Notes under the pieces: model-generated
Databases searched by the model: none
Told to the model about the DNA's origin: nothing
What the model saw: the letters and a program-made list of their open reading frames with translations, nothing else
Translations under genes and position numbers: made by a program
From: Octopus bimaculoides
Taxonomy: Eukaryota
NCBI RefSeq assembly: GCF_001194135.2
Contig: NC_068996.1
Location: 24,991,149 to 25,029,049 of the forward strand
Reading direction: 5' to 3'
DNA length: 37,901 bases
Shown: positions 1 to 12,115 of the stretch, one piece after another
Position numbering within the stretch: the first letter of the stretch is position 1
Layout of the letters: each line of letters begins with the position of its first letter

Positions 1-345
1 GTGGGAGAGAGGGGGTGGAGTGTGTGTGGGAGAGACAGGGTGGTTGGGTGTGAGTGGGGAATGCACATCAGGGAGGAAGAAGGGTGGTGGAGGGGTTGGG
101 GTAGTGGAATCGGGTGTAGAGGAATGGAGGAGTGAGTGAAGTTTGCGGAGCTTAGTGTCGGTAAGAAATGCATGAAAGAGATGATTAAGTTGAATGATAA
201 AGCGCAATGTATTGTGAGCATGGGAGGGTGACAGAGAGGAGAAAAATATGGAAAAGGCTGGAGGAAGAAGGCGGTCGATAGCATGGATTTTAGAGAGACT
301 GGAGCGAACGGTGGCCCGTATAAGGCGGTATAGTGAGACCTTATT
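1..345 (-). mobile_element. Probable Penelope-like retroelement ORF fragment (N-terminal region), running off the window start
   Basis: Minus-strand frame is open for 115 codons from 345 to 1 (NKVSLYRLIRATVRSSLSKIHAIDRLLPPAFSIFFSSLSPSHAHNTLRFIIQLNHLFHAFLTDTKLRKLHSLL, then Pro/Thr/Ser-rich). It has no ATG, so it is absent from the ORF track. It resembles from memory the N-terminal region of Penelope-like RT-GIY-YIG ORFs; no catalytic motif is visible. Confidence 0.45.
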
Positions 346-1478
346 TTACATCTGAATGCTTTTACTGTTGCTAACCTGTACCTGTTTTTCATACAAGGGG
401 TATTTTATTTTCCATTCATCTTTGAAAATTTAGAGGTACTGGATGATTTGTCACAAAAACATTCAACAAACATTGATATTTGTAGCTCAATGTCATTACA
501 TACAAATCATAAGATTTAAACACACGCACGCGCGTGCGCGGCTCTCATACAGTTTCCATCTACCAATTCACGCTTGAGGCATTGGTTGGTCCCGGGCTGC
601 AATAGAAGACACTTACCCATGGTGTCATTCTGTGAAATAGCACTGAAGACTACATTGTAATAAACAATGTGAACTCCATATCTACATCACCATATATAGT
701 TTCTGTCTCTAGCACCACAAACACAATATTTTCTCTCTCTTGCATATATGTATATATNNNNNNNNNNNNNNNNNNNNNNNNNNNNNNNNNNNNNNNNNNN
801 NNNNNNNNNNNNNNNNNNNNNNNNNNNNNNNNNNNNNNNNNNNNNNNNNNNNNNNNNNNNNNNNNNNNNNNNNNNNNNNNNNNNNNNNNNNNNNNNNNNN
901 NNNNNNNNNNNNNNNNNNNNNNNNNNNNNNNNNNATATATAAAATCAGGCATGTGCCATCAGTAATTACTCAGGGTAGGCAGTTGGTGACCTTTATGTAG
1001 TAAAACATACAAAAAATAAGTGAAACACAGGCACACAACTGAGTTGAAGGCAGATTTACTTCTACCTTTATAGCCCATAAAGAAAATGTTGTAGGAGTGC
1101 ATGCAGCACATGTACTACAGCAGTACTATGCATAGCTTAAATACTGAGATTGAAAGGCAGGGGTGAATTATGTCTACTTGATCTACAAAAAAATAAAATA
1201 TTTTGTATTTTATGCATAGTAATCAGAGTAACCTTCATAATTTTATTGAATTAGGTGCATATTTTGCAAGAGAGGAAAATGTTGCTATCGATCTATTTTA
1301 TTCAAGATAGGCACTGCCTACCTAGGCGGCATGTCCCTCATATATATTATACACCTGAATAAGCACAAATGTGAAACTAGATGGACAAAAATAGTACTCA
1401 AATACTGGAGGTAGAGTAATATGCTTTATTATTAAAACTGCATTATTTTGTGATGTTTTTGCACCTTTAATGATAGTG

Positions 1479-1520
<42 letters not shown>

Positions 1521-2500
1521 CTCAAAGGTCCTTCCTAAACCAAGGCTAGGAAGCTGAATGAACTGGAGTTACCTGGTCAAGGAATTGAAATCACAATCAT
1601 GCAATCATGAGTGCAACACTAAGCCATGTCCTTCCACACACACACAAATTGACATACATGCTGGCTATTGCTGACGAGTCAGTACAAAGGTGTAAGTTGT
1701 GTAAAGGAATTTTGTACTGTACACTTTTCTGACTTTTGCTAACATGGGTAAATTAGTTGTTGTTTAGCCCCAAGTAAACATTGATTTGACAAATCTATGA
1801 TCAATAGAATTCCAGCTGTGACCAGTCTACCTTCATTTTGGGTACCTAGGATAGCATTATTTAAAAGTTCTGTTCCTTTCCTAAGTTAGTAGTGTAATTC
1901 GAGGAAGATTTCATAGTTGTTTCTAGCAGTTTTAATGACTATACAGAGGCTTCTTTGTTGGCTTGTGATGTGTGTGTATGTGGTGAGGATGTGTATGGGG
2001 GAAATTAGATGCTAAAAGAATTGGGCCATGGGAATTCCTAAACGCTGATTATCTAGTTCTTATAGCAAAAACTGGAAAAATTAGCGCAAACGTTCCAGAT
2101 GTGATATCAAAATCTAGAATGTAATGGTTTCGGAGTAAACTGGGACCAAAGTTTTATTTAGTAGAAAAGATAGAACTCTGATACCGCCAAAGAAATGACT
2201 GTGCTGCTCAATATGCAGAAAAGGATTAGGTAGAAATTTAATGAACCTTATGTGATTTATAATGCTTAAGTCGTATGTTTTAATCAAAGGCAAGTTGTCA
2301 GTGAATAAAGGCTTAGCATGTTGTTACAAGAGTAATGAACCCTCAAAACACTAGTAAAATAAATTGCTTTTGTAGAAGTTGTTGAAATATCTATCACTTA
2401 GGTGACATAATCAGCAGTAGTAGAGTGTATTCTGAAAACAGAGTAGTCACAACTACAATAGGGTTGAGTGAAGTGTAGATTGTTTGTGTATTTATGAAAT

Positions 2501-2629
2501 GTGATGCTGTACGTTAAATGTGAAAGATGTATGAAGGTTGGAAAGAAAGTGAGCTTGATCCGCTGGATCTGTAAAGTTAGTATGCATGAACGAGGCACAG
2601 ATATTGGAGGTAAACTGAGAATTGTTGGG
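2501..2629 (+). mobile_element. Degenerate RTE-clade LINE fragment (region C-terminal to RT)
   Basis: Across frameshifts it reads VMLY.., LNVKDV*RLERK and SLIRWICKVSMHER, matching the RTE pattern VMLYGSETW..L...DMRRLER.E..MLRWMC.VS.HER. Confidence 0.6.
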
Positions 2630-3499
2630 TTTTTTTTTTTGTGTTTGAGGTAAATAAGTTTCAGAGATATATTAGAGTTAATAATCACTTCATAAAATGT
2701 GTGAGGGTGGGGTGGGGTGGGGTGGGAGAGAATATGAGAAATTATTGTCATTGCTAGTTATTGCTGAAGTAATAGATTGGCAGAATCATTAGAGAATGCT
2801 TTACAGTATTTTAATCATCCCTTTAGATTGAGTTCAAATCTGGGTGACATTGACTTACTCCAATGTCTATTAAAAAATAGTGTCAGTCAATTGCTGGGAG
2901 TCTATAATATATTAGTTTTAGTGGTGGACATAGACAATTATATAGATTCTATACATGACTACAAATTTGTGACCCGGTGTCCAATGTAAGAAACTGTTGC
3001 TATAGCACTGAGTAGGACAATGAATTAGCAGAAATAAAAATGGAACAAAATATCTTGCAGTATTTACTTCTGTAGCTTTATACTCTAAGTTCAAATCCCA
3101 CCAAAGTCAGCTTTGCCTTTCAACTCACTATACTTCTGTATTGGGGTCTCTTTACATGAACTGCCCCTTCTAATAACTTGTAACTATTAGAAATTATTTT
3201 ATTCTAAAGGCAGTGGATTGGCAGAATCATTAGTATCAAAACAGAATGCCTAGCAGTATTTGTTCTGATTCTACTGTGTCCAAGGTGCCACACAGTGGGA
3301 CTGAATTAGGAACAACATGGTTGGGAAGCAAACTTCTTACCACAGCCACACTAGCCAGTATATTTCATACACGTCTCTTACTATAGCCCTGAACTGACTA
3401 AAGCCTTGTGAGTAGATTTGGTAGACAGAAAATTAAAGAAGCCCATCTTATATATTTATAAAGGTGTGTTTGTGTGTACCTTGTCTTGACCCCGCTTAG

Positions 3500-3808
3500 G
3501 GGTTAGTGTTGGGCTCACAATCATGAGGTAGTGAGTTCCTGGACTGGGCTGTGTTGTGTTCTTGAGCAAGACACTTTATTTTACATTGTTCCAGTTCACT
3601 CAGCTATAGAAATGAGTTGTGATGTCACTGGTGCTAAGCTGTATTGGCCTTTATCTTTCCCTTGGATAACATTGGTGGTGTGGAGAGGGGAGGCTGGTAT
3701 GCATGGGCGACTGCTGGTCTTCCATGAACAATCTTGCCCAGACTTGTACCTCAGAGAGTAACTTTCTAGGTGCAATCTCATGGTCATTCATGACTGAAGG
3801 GAGTTCTT
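3500..3808 (+). mobile_element. tRNA-derived SINE with a TGTGTTCTTGAGCAAGACACTTTA core
   Basis: Decayed tRNA-like head (ggttagtgttgggctcacaatcatgaggtagtgagttcc). The central core is shared with the SINE at 17773. Confidence 0.6.
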
Positions 3809-4299
3809 TCTTTACCCTGCCTTGTCCATGTGATAGCTATAAATAAGCATTACTGTCATACAAGTGATGTTATTTTCCAGTCTTCAGTGAGAAACATGTC
3901 TAGCAATGGGGAAAATATTACCTTGCTTGAAAACAGGTGAGGGTTGGTGAAAGGAGGGGCATTTAGCAGTAGTAAATCTGCCTCAACAAATTCCATATGA
4001 CAATGTAAGTATGGAAGCTGAACATAGAACCAATATTTTCTTAATGGCTCTGTGTGGAATGAAACAAAAATACAGCTATTTTTTTATGTTATGATAATAA
4101 TGTCCTTTGGAAAGGCATGAACGTCACAGTTGTCCATTTCTTCCATATATCTATCTATTTACACACACACTCATACAAAAATTAAATTTGACTTATTTCT
4201 ATTTATAAATTTGATACAAACATCAATATCAGTGTTAATTATTGTAATAGTTTTATTTAATTAGTTACTGCTGTTTTCTATAAACCAATAGTTAAACAT

Positions 4300-4317
4300 A
4301 ATCTTTCTCTTTCTCTT

Positions 4318-4390
<73 letters not shown>

Positions 4391-4391
4391 T

Positions 4392-4475
<84 letters not shown>
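4300..4475. repeat. (CT)n/(CTTT) compound microsatellite
   Basis: Directly visible; it generates the spurious ERERER ORF. Confidence 0.95.
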
Positions 4476-4477
<2 letters not shown>

Positions 4478-4710
4478 CTATCCTATCCTGTATGCTTGTG
4501 TGCCCTGTATGTTGTCATTATTATTATTGTTGTTCATGTTTCCTTGACTATAGTAATGCTATGTATGGCCCCTCCTTTTTAGAAAAGGGCGGGGTCATAT
4601 ATATTTTATAACCTTGTCCTTTTAATTCTTGTTCACGAAATATTGCACTTGATGAACCTAATAATGTATTTCTTATTGCTGCTTGTACTCTACAGATTGT
4701 GTGTGTGTGT

Positions 4711-4833
4711 CATCATCATCATCGTTTAACGTCCGCGTTCCATGCTAGCATGGGTTGGATGATCTGACTGAGGACTGGTGGACCAGGTGGCTACACCAGG
4801 CTCCAATCTGATTTGGCATAGTTTCTACAGCTG
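4711..4833 (-). mobile_element. Short 5'-truncated copy of an RTE-tail-like repeat with a (GAT)n 3' end (family B)
   Basis: catcatcatcatcgtttaacgtccgc.ttccatgctagcatgggttgga.. is nearly identical to the copies at 26726 and 29055. Confidence 0.75.
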
Positions 4834-6347
4834 TGTGTGTGAGATGATTATCTGTGAAAGAAGATGCTTCTTCATTCACCTTTGATGAATGTAACTTTGA
4901 TTGGGAGGAATTGATATCATCACATGGTACCCAATAACCATTGGCTGTTTCAACCCTGAACCATAACACCTTTCCATTGGTGCGTCAGTAGTGATGACCA
5001 AATCACTGCTCATCGCCTCCTCCTGGCTTTCAGCTTAGCTTCTCTCTCTTGCTTCATGTAGATGTTTGTATGATATGTAATGAAATGGTATATATGAAAT
5101 GTGTGTGTGTATTTGTATACTTATGATTGAACAGACAAGATTAAATGCTCTCTACCTCTAATCATTGTTTTCTTTTTTTTTTTCTTTAAGGTACATTGTT
5201 CAACAGTAACATTGTCAAAGTTTCTTTCCTTTTAAAGATGACAGGGTGTAATTTGAGGGAAATTTAACTGCTACTTCTAGCGGTTTTAGCTCCCACAAGG
5301 TAGCATAGAGGCTATCTTGTTTATGTGACTGGGAAATGTTTGTTTAAGTTATACATAATAATGTCCTGGGTGCATTTTGTTGTGTTGCCAGGACTGGAGA
5401 GGTTTTCCTATGCATAAAATATGTGACCTATATAAAAAAAAAAATGCATGTAATCACCACCATCATCATTTAATGTCTGTTTTCTGTGTTGGCATGAGAT
5501 GGACAGTTTGACAGAAGCTGGCAAGCCAGAGAATGCATCAGGCTCCACTGTGTTTTGGCATGATCTTTACAGCTTGATACCCTTCCTAATGCCAACTGTT
5601 TTACAGTGTGGACTGCATACTTTTCACATAGCACCAGCCTTGGCATGGGTTTTATGGCCAGAAGCTGTTCCTGATGCCAACCACTTCCTAATACATTAAT
5701 ATATCATAGTATGTTTTATTCTCTCAAACACACACGTGTTGGCAGTGACTGATTTTTATATATTCTAATTATTTAGTGTGTATTATTTATCTTTAGTTTA
5801 GTACCAGATCAGCTCTGATCATGCATACTTATGATTAGAGCAATTCTCTACATAATTATCCTGTCCTTTTCTCAGTTAGTGCACCATCAACCATGCTGTC
5901 CATCATTCTTTTCAAGATGGTGTGTTGTGAGAGAGAGAGAGAGAGAGAGAGTTGTTCTCATTGCTATTTTGTAGGAGATTCATGAACTACACAGAACACC
6001 ACCACACATTCATTGTTTAGAATCACTTAGTAAAAAGAACCAAAACTTGTGTGTGTGTGTGTGTCTGAATGATTTAAGGACTGTGTGAAGTTTTTGCTGA
6101 AGGCATGTGAAATATGTGGGGAGGGTCAGTTGAAAAGCAATGCTTGTCATAAACAATGGAAGAAACAAATACAGGAAGGTGTGGATATTTAAAAAAAAAA
6201 AAATTTTTCATGCAAAATTTAAGCTCCACTCAAAAATGCATTGCCAGGTGTAGTGAATGGGGGAAGCTTAGTTTGCAATATTTGCAGATGTGTATGGGTT
6301 CATTAGTTACTAGCAGAGCTGTGCACAATGATCTGAATGGTTAGTGA

Positions 6348-6716
6348 TGATGATCATCATCATTTAGCACCTGTTTTCCATGCTGGCATGGGTTAGATGG
6401 TTTGACTGAAACTGGAAAACTGTATGGCTACATCAGATTCTAGTCTGATTTGGCGTGGTTTCTACAGTTGGATGCCCTTCCCAATGCCAACAACTCCAAG
6501 AGTGTAATGGGTGCCACAACTATGATTTCACTTGGCTTGATGGGTCTTCTCAAGCACAGTATATTGCCAAAGGTCTGTTACTTATCACCTCTGTGAGGCC
6601 TAACATTCAAAGGGTGCTTTTTATGTGCCACCAGCATGAGCCCGTGTTACATGACATTGTACAGCTCCTGTTACATTACATGGCATCAGCCACAACTATT
6701 CTTGGTCACAAGTGAA
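6348..6716 (-). mobile_element. Older family B (RTE-tail-like) copy
   Basis: catcatcatttagcacctgttttccatgctggcatgggttagatgg...gtttctacagttggatgcccttcccaatgccaac. Similar diverged copies lie at about 5455-5690 and 11335-11590. Confidence 0.65.
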
Positions 6717-6886
6717 CATCTATCATGAAGGTGTATGTAGTTTGAAAGCTGTCTCTATATTCTCGGTTTATATTTAAGGTTAGCTGCTGGATGGACTAAA
6801 ATGATTAACTGTTGTGTAATCATCATCATTGTCTTGAGTTCAGTTTTCAACACTGGCATGGACTGGACACAACAATAATGCTAAAA

Positions 6887-7283
6887 TCTTTTCAGTCATT
6901 AGACTGCAGCCATGCTGGGGCACTGCCTTGAGGAATTTTATCCGAATGTATCAGCCTTAGTACTTATTTTCTTTTTAAGCCTGGCACTTATTTTATCGGT
7001 CTCTTTTACCAAACCACTTAGTTAGAGGGGTGTAAACACAACATTGGTTGTCAAGCAGTGGTGGGGGACAGACACAAAAATACATGCACATAGATAGATA
7101 GGTAGGTAGATACATACGTACGTAAGTACGTCTTCTTTCACTTTCTGTCTACCAAATTCACTCACAAGGCTTTGGTTGGCTTGAAGCTATAATAGAAAAC
7201 ATTTACCCAAGTTGTCATGCAGTGGGACTGAGCCTGGAACCATGTGGTTAGGAAGCAAGTTTCTTACCATATAATGTCTATGC
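6887..7283 (-). mobile_element. tRNA-derived SINE (family A), diverged
   Basis: Collinear with the copies at 13792 and 25263 (cagtcattagactgcagccatgctgg ... aaattcactcacaaggctttgg ... cagtgggactgagcctggaaccatgtgg). Confidence 0.75.
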
Positions 7284-7504
7284 TTATCTACTTTTATTTT
7301 TAATGTACTTTAAAGATATACATGCTATATTGCAACAGGTGTGTAGCTGTTGTTATAACATATTCCTGCAGATAGGAACAATTGTGATACCGTTGTTATG
7401 AGACATCTTTCTGTGGACATTTAACCTTTTTGTTCCTATATTTCTCTTGAAATACTCTACTTTTGCTTCAGGTAATTTTGAAAATAGTGAAAAATAAATT
7501 TGTT

Positions 7505-7928
7505 TTTAACCTTTTAGCATTCGGATTATTCTGTCAAATGTAATGCTTATTCATATAATGCAGAAAAATACGTTGCCGGCCAGCCATCATATTTTTCTGC
7601 ATTATATGGATAATTTATCCTGATCACGCTATTTATAGCATTATCATGGTTTGAGAAATAAATTTATCTCTGTATCTTACAATACATCTCAACGCTTCTA
7701 AAAAAACAAACAAACTTCGTTTACTTTCATCGTAAAGTTGAATTTAATGCTTATTGATTCACATTGTTTTTATTTGATCATGCATTATCTCATACATTCA
7801 AGATTATGATGATGTGATTGTTTTTAGAATGACATTGTAGGGTTTGTGTGAGGGGGCTGATCTAACTGGTTTGAATAGAAAACAGAATATTTAGGCTGGA
7901 TATGGCTGGTTTGAATGCTAAAGAGTTA
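7505..7928. mobile_element. TTAA-type MITE (ttaacc.tttagcattc ... gaatgctaaagagttaa) interrupted by a 193-bp insertion
   Basis: Terminal inverted repeats end in TTAA. Uninterrupted or partial homologues lie at about 32120-32330 and 29325-29517. Confidence 0.7.
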
Positions 7929-9908
7929 AACTGGTGTTTGGAACATAAATTAATATGAAATTTTGGTAGGAGGTTTTAGTTTAAATCACTTTAAAACAAG
8001 ACGTTTGTATCCTAGAACCAGGAGCAGTTTCAAGTGGATTGGTACCAAAAGATTAAAGTCTCCTTATTTTCATTTCTTCCTTCCTATTTCTTAAGCTTTA
8101 ATTATTACATGGGAAAATGTGAGCATGAAAAGTAATATTCTTAAGATTATAAACCTGTAAAAGTACAGGACAAGTTATTACCCCTGGAAAAGTATAGGTC
8201 AAGCTATTATTTCTAGTAAAGTAAAGGATAAGCAACTTTTTACTTAAAATATTGCAGCAAAGAATGTCAGTTCTTCTAATTTATCACTCTTTACAGTTCT
8301 CATCTATTAAATTAATTGTACAAAACTGTTCAGCTAATTTGTTTGTTTGTCTAATCAGTCACTTTTTTATGTATTTCAGGTAGTAAATTAGCCAAATTCT
8401 ACTTAAATAAGTATAGTGTTATTTGTAAACTATAATAAAATAAGTTTTAATATTCAAATTTTAATTTTAGCTTCAGTATTTTAAGTAAAAAGTTTCTTAT
8501 TCTTTACTTTACAAGAAGTAATAGCTTGTGCTATACTTTTACAGGTGTATTAACTTGTCCAGTACTTTTCCAGGTTTATAATCTTAAGAATATAACTTTT
8601 CATGCTTGCATTTTTCCATGCAATCCATGATTCTTTCCGGCATTGCTGTTATAAGATAATTAATAATGTGTCAATTAGTAATTTAAGAATTTACCTTATA
8701 AAATACTGAAAGATAATACTTTAATTTTTCCATGTAAGTGATGATAATATTTCAATTTTTTTCATGTTTAATTTAAATATATGTTGTGATTGAATTATTT
8801 CATATTACCCATCCACACCAAATTAATAGCAGGGCTTGAAGAGTTTTAGTCAATCAAACCAATCGCAGTAATTAACTTTAGTTTGACACTTATTTTACCA
8901 ATTTCTTTTTGCCAAACTACTGAGTTGCAAGGATGTAAACAACCAACATATGTTGTCAAGCAGTGAGATATGGAGACACGTGTTGGGCTTCCATACAGTT
9001 TCCTCACAGGGCATTGGTTGGCCCATGACTATAGTAGAAGACGCTTACCCAAGGAGCTGCTTGCAAAGGGAACCTCTTAATTACATGGCCATGCTACATC
9101 AATGAAGGATGTAAACACGCGACAAATTGGTATCTTGTCATCTAAGATTCCAGATGAACCTAACTCTTGGCAATAAAGGTAATGAAGGAGGCAACATTGA
9201 ACTCTCTCATTTGCCTAAAATCAACCAAAGAATTAGTGTTAGAAGTGTGTAGTACAACAATGGTGGTGCTCAAGCATGGCCATAGCACATGGGCTGAAAC
9301 AGGTAAATGTCACACTCCGTGTCAAAAATGCAGTCAACCATTGATTAGCCTAATGCATATTTAAAACAATGATGCTATTTAACAATTGTGATATGAAATT
9401 AAGATCAAAGTTACCTTAATTCAATACTCACTTTGTCTTCTAAGGTATTAACCAGGTCGCATAACATATTTCTTCTGACACTGTTTAAATGCTGCTGTGT
9501 TTTTGGCATTCTTGACCTAATTGATAATCAATATGCAGTGACTTGCAACTTTGTTTTCAAAGAAAGAGAACTTTGTTTACTATATTCATGAATATTGCCT
9601 TTTAACCCTTTTCTCCCATATTTCTTGAAATGAAGGCAGTGTATATGAAATATACAGTTCTTTCATTTCAATTGATTTTTTTTAAAAAACAAAAATTTAG
9701 TAAAATAGCTTTCATTATTCATCTGGTGTAAGGCAACAAGTTGGCAGTCATTAGCATGCTGGGCAAAAGTGCTTAATTGTATTTCATCTGTCTTTACAGT
9801 CTGAGTTCAAATTCTGTCAAGGTTGACTCTGCTTTTCATCTTTTCAGAGTCAAAATAAGTCTGAAATTGCTGCTGGAATTATTCCATAGACAACAAAAGT
9901 CCTTTTAA

Positions 9909-10124
9909 CCCTTTCGTTACCAACCTAGCTGAAACCGGCTCTGTAGTACAAATGTCTTGTTTTCATAAGTTTTGAATTAAAATCTTCCACCAAACCTTAG
10001 TCACAATTAATGTTCCTAACACTAGCTTAATGATAACTAAGTTATTTTGCTAAATTCTTTGTTACATTTAAAAGCAATTGAAAGAAGCAGAGAGCATCTC
10101 AAAATAAATACAGTAATGAAAGGG
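9909..10124. mobile_element. piggyBac-type MITE, 216 bp
   Basis: TIRs CCCTTTCGTTAC (9909-9920) and GTAATGAAAGGG (10113-10124) match 11/12. TTAA flanks both sides (9905-9908, 10125-10128). Related sequence at about 7920-8050 and 15030-15400. Confidence 0.8.
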
Positions 10125-10821
10125 TTAATTGAAGGACAACATATAAAATCATTTTACACCATCTTTCCATGCTGGTCTGGGTTTCACAGGTCATAATGGT
10201 CTGAGTCAGCTGTTATTCAGAGTTATTGTCTTCTTAAATGGGTTGAGAGATGTCTTATCCAAACATAAGGTTTTGGTATAGTTTCTATGCTTTCCCTATC
10301 GACAACCACTTTACAGAGGATATTGAGTGCAATTTAGTGTGGCAACAGCACTAGAGAGGTTGTTGTGTCCTCACCATGGCTAGACTGAGTCCTTTCAATG
10401 CTATATTGTCTCCTCTCATTTGCTAACCATTTACAGAGAGTAGTATGTGCATGTTATTTCCATTCAGTATTATGACTAAGGGTCTGAATATGCCAACATT
10501 CTCTAACTGCAAACATCTGATATGAGGAATACCCAGATTTTTTTTCAAGATATCAATAATTATTTAAATTTCTTTTTCCATTTTTTTTATACATATATAA
10601 ATATCTTCTGACAAATCTGTGTAATAGATAACTTTCCAAAGATTAAAAGTCTAAAATTTTAATTTATGTTTAAAACACAATGAAATGAAATAATTCAAAG
10701 TCTGAAGGTATGCAAAACACATCTACATTACCTTGCCATTTGTTGTACCTCAAACAAGTTAATGCTATTCTAATTCTTGAGGTATTGTTTTTCAGTTTGT
10801 TTATCATTTCTTTAAGCTGAA

Positions 10822-11048
10822 TATTATTCAGTATTTTCTTCTCTAGGCACAAGGCCCGAAATTTTAGGGAGTGGGGGCTGTTGATTAAACTGACTTCAGT
10901 ACGCAACTGGTACTTAATTTATCGACCCTGAAAGGATGAGAAGCAAAGTCGACTTCGGCGGAATTTGAACTCGGAGTGTAAAGACAGACAAAATACTGCT
11001 AAGCATTTTGCCTGGCGTGCTAACGTTTCTGCTAGCTTGCTGCCTTAA
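10822..11048 (-). mobile_element. tRNA-derived SINE (family C)
   Basis: Minus strand reads aaggcagcaagctagcagaaacgttagcacgccaggc...gagttcaaattccgccgaagtcgactttgc (A/B-box-like head). Decayed copies at about 2775, 3050, 9735, 14640, 28580, 32870 and 33020. Confidence 0.75.
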
Positions 11049-11869
11049 TATTATTCAATATTAGTAACACCACACCATCGGAGTATTCAATGTCTGAAAC
11101 TCTGTTATTAACCTCAAGAGCTATTATAAACAGAAGGGTAGTGAGAACGAAGCCCTGATAGGCACCTCTATTACGTGCTAAATTCCTCACTGAACTTGTC
11201 GACTTCTTTCTTAGAGTAATTTGCTAGCTTTCAATATACCAACAGAGATCAGCCTGTTTGAAATAGTAGCTAAATCTCCCTTAAATCGGTTAACTCTGTT
11301 TCAAGCATTTAAAATCAGATCTTCAGTTTTCCATCATCGTCACCCTCATCATCATCGTTTTTATGTCCATGCTCTATGCTGGCATGGGTTGGACAGTTTG
11401 AAAGGAATAGATGTGTCGAAGACTGCACTGAACTTCTATGTCTGCTTTGATGTGGTTTTTGGAGGTGGATGTCCTTCCTAATGCCAACCACTTTACAGTA
11501 TGGACTGGATGCCTTTTTTTTTTTTTTTTTTTTGCATGCCACCAGCACAATTGAGGTTGCCATGCAATTCACAGGACTATGATCCCAGGGGTACATGGGG
11601 AGTCAGTTTCATAGTCGAGGATGAAGGAATTACTATGAGAGAGGTGGGGTAGAGCCAGTTCCTGCAGTGGGTTCTGCACGACCACTCACATCTAGTATTG
11701 ACAAATATAGAAAGAGACTGACATTTGTTGTGTTAATTCTTACCAGTTGGAGAGGGGGGGGGCTTGCGGAAGTCATCCAAAGGAAAGTAGAAGACATTGT
11801 ACCCACACCCACCACTTCCTTGCAATAGATTCATAATTCATAACCCCCCCCCCCTAAAATAGCTTACAG

Positions 11870-12115
11870 ATGCTGATAGTGATGTTGTGTAATGGTTGCT
11901 GCTTCTATTATTACTACAACTACGACAATTATAACTATTTTCCACCTACCACTATTATAATAACAATCACCACTACCACCCATCTGCACCTGCATTGCCA
12001 CTGCCACCATCACCTCTACCATCATTATCACTACCATCATCATTGCCACCGACCACCACCATCATTGTTGCCGCTACCACCACCACCACCACCACCACCA
12101 CCACTGCTACTGTTC
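11870..12115. repeat. Low-complexity trinucleotide tract (TAC/CAC/CAT)
   Basis: Directly visible; it is the source of the His/Pro/Thr-rich pseudo-ORFs. Confidence 0.9.

Noticed and set aside
650-1000. ORFs spanning the gap 758-934, and similar ones at 16026-16412 and 30836-31288
   Set aside because: They are mostly X residues from Ns plus microsatellite translation.
2705-2727. (GGGGT)n G-quadruplex motif; also short CG/CA alternating tracts at about 520-540 and 21160-21185
   Set aside because: These are common simple repeats in this kind of genome, with no nearby feature giving them meaning.
4278-4478. ERERER ORF; also HTHT/YIYI and poly-His/Pro ORFs at 11864-12195, 25107-25767 and 26113-26482
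   Set aside because: They are translations of simple repeats with no splice or domain support.
9140-9308. Candidate upstream hydrolase exon (ttccAG ... CAG/GTAAAT)
   Set aside because: The frames starting at the acceptor hit stops or show no esterase similarity.
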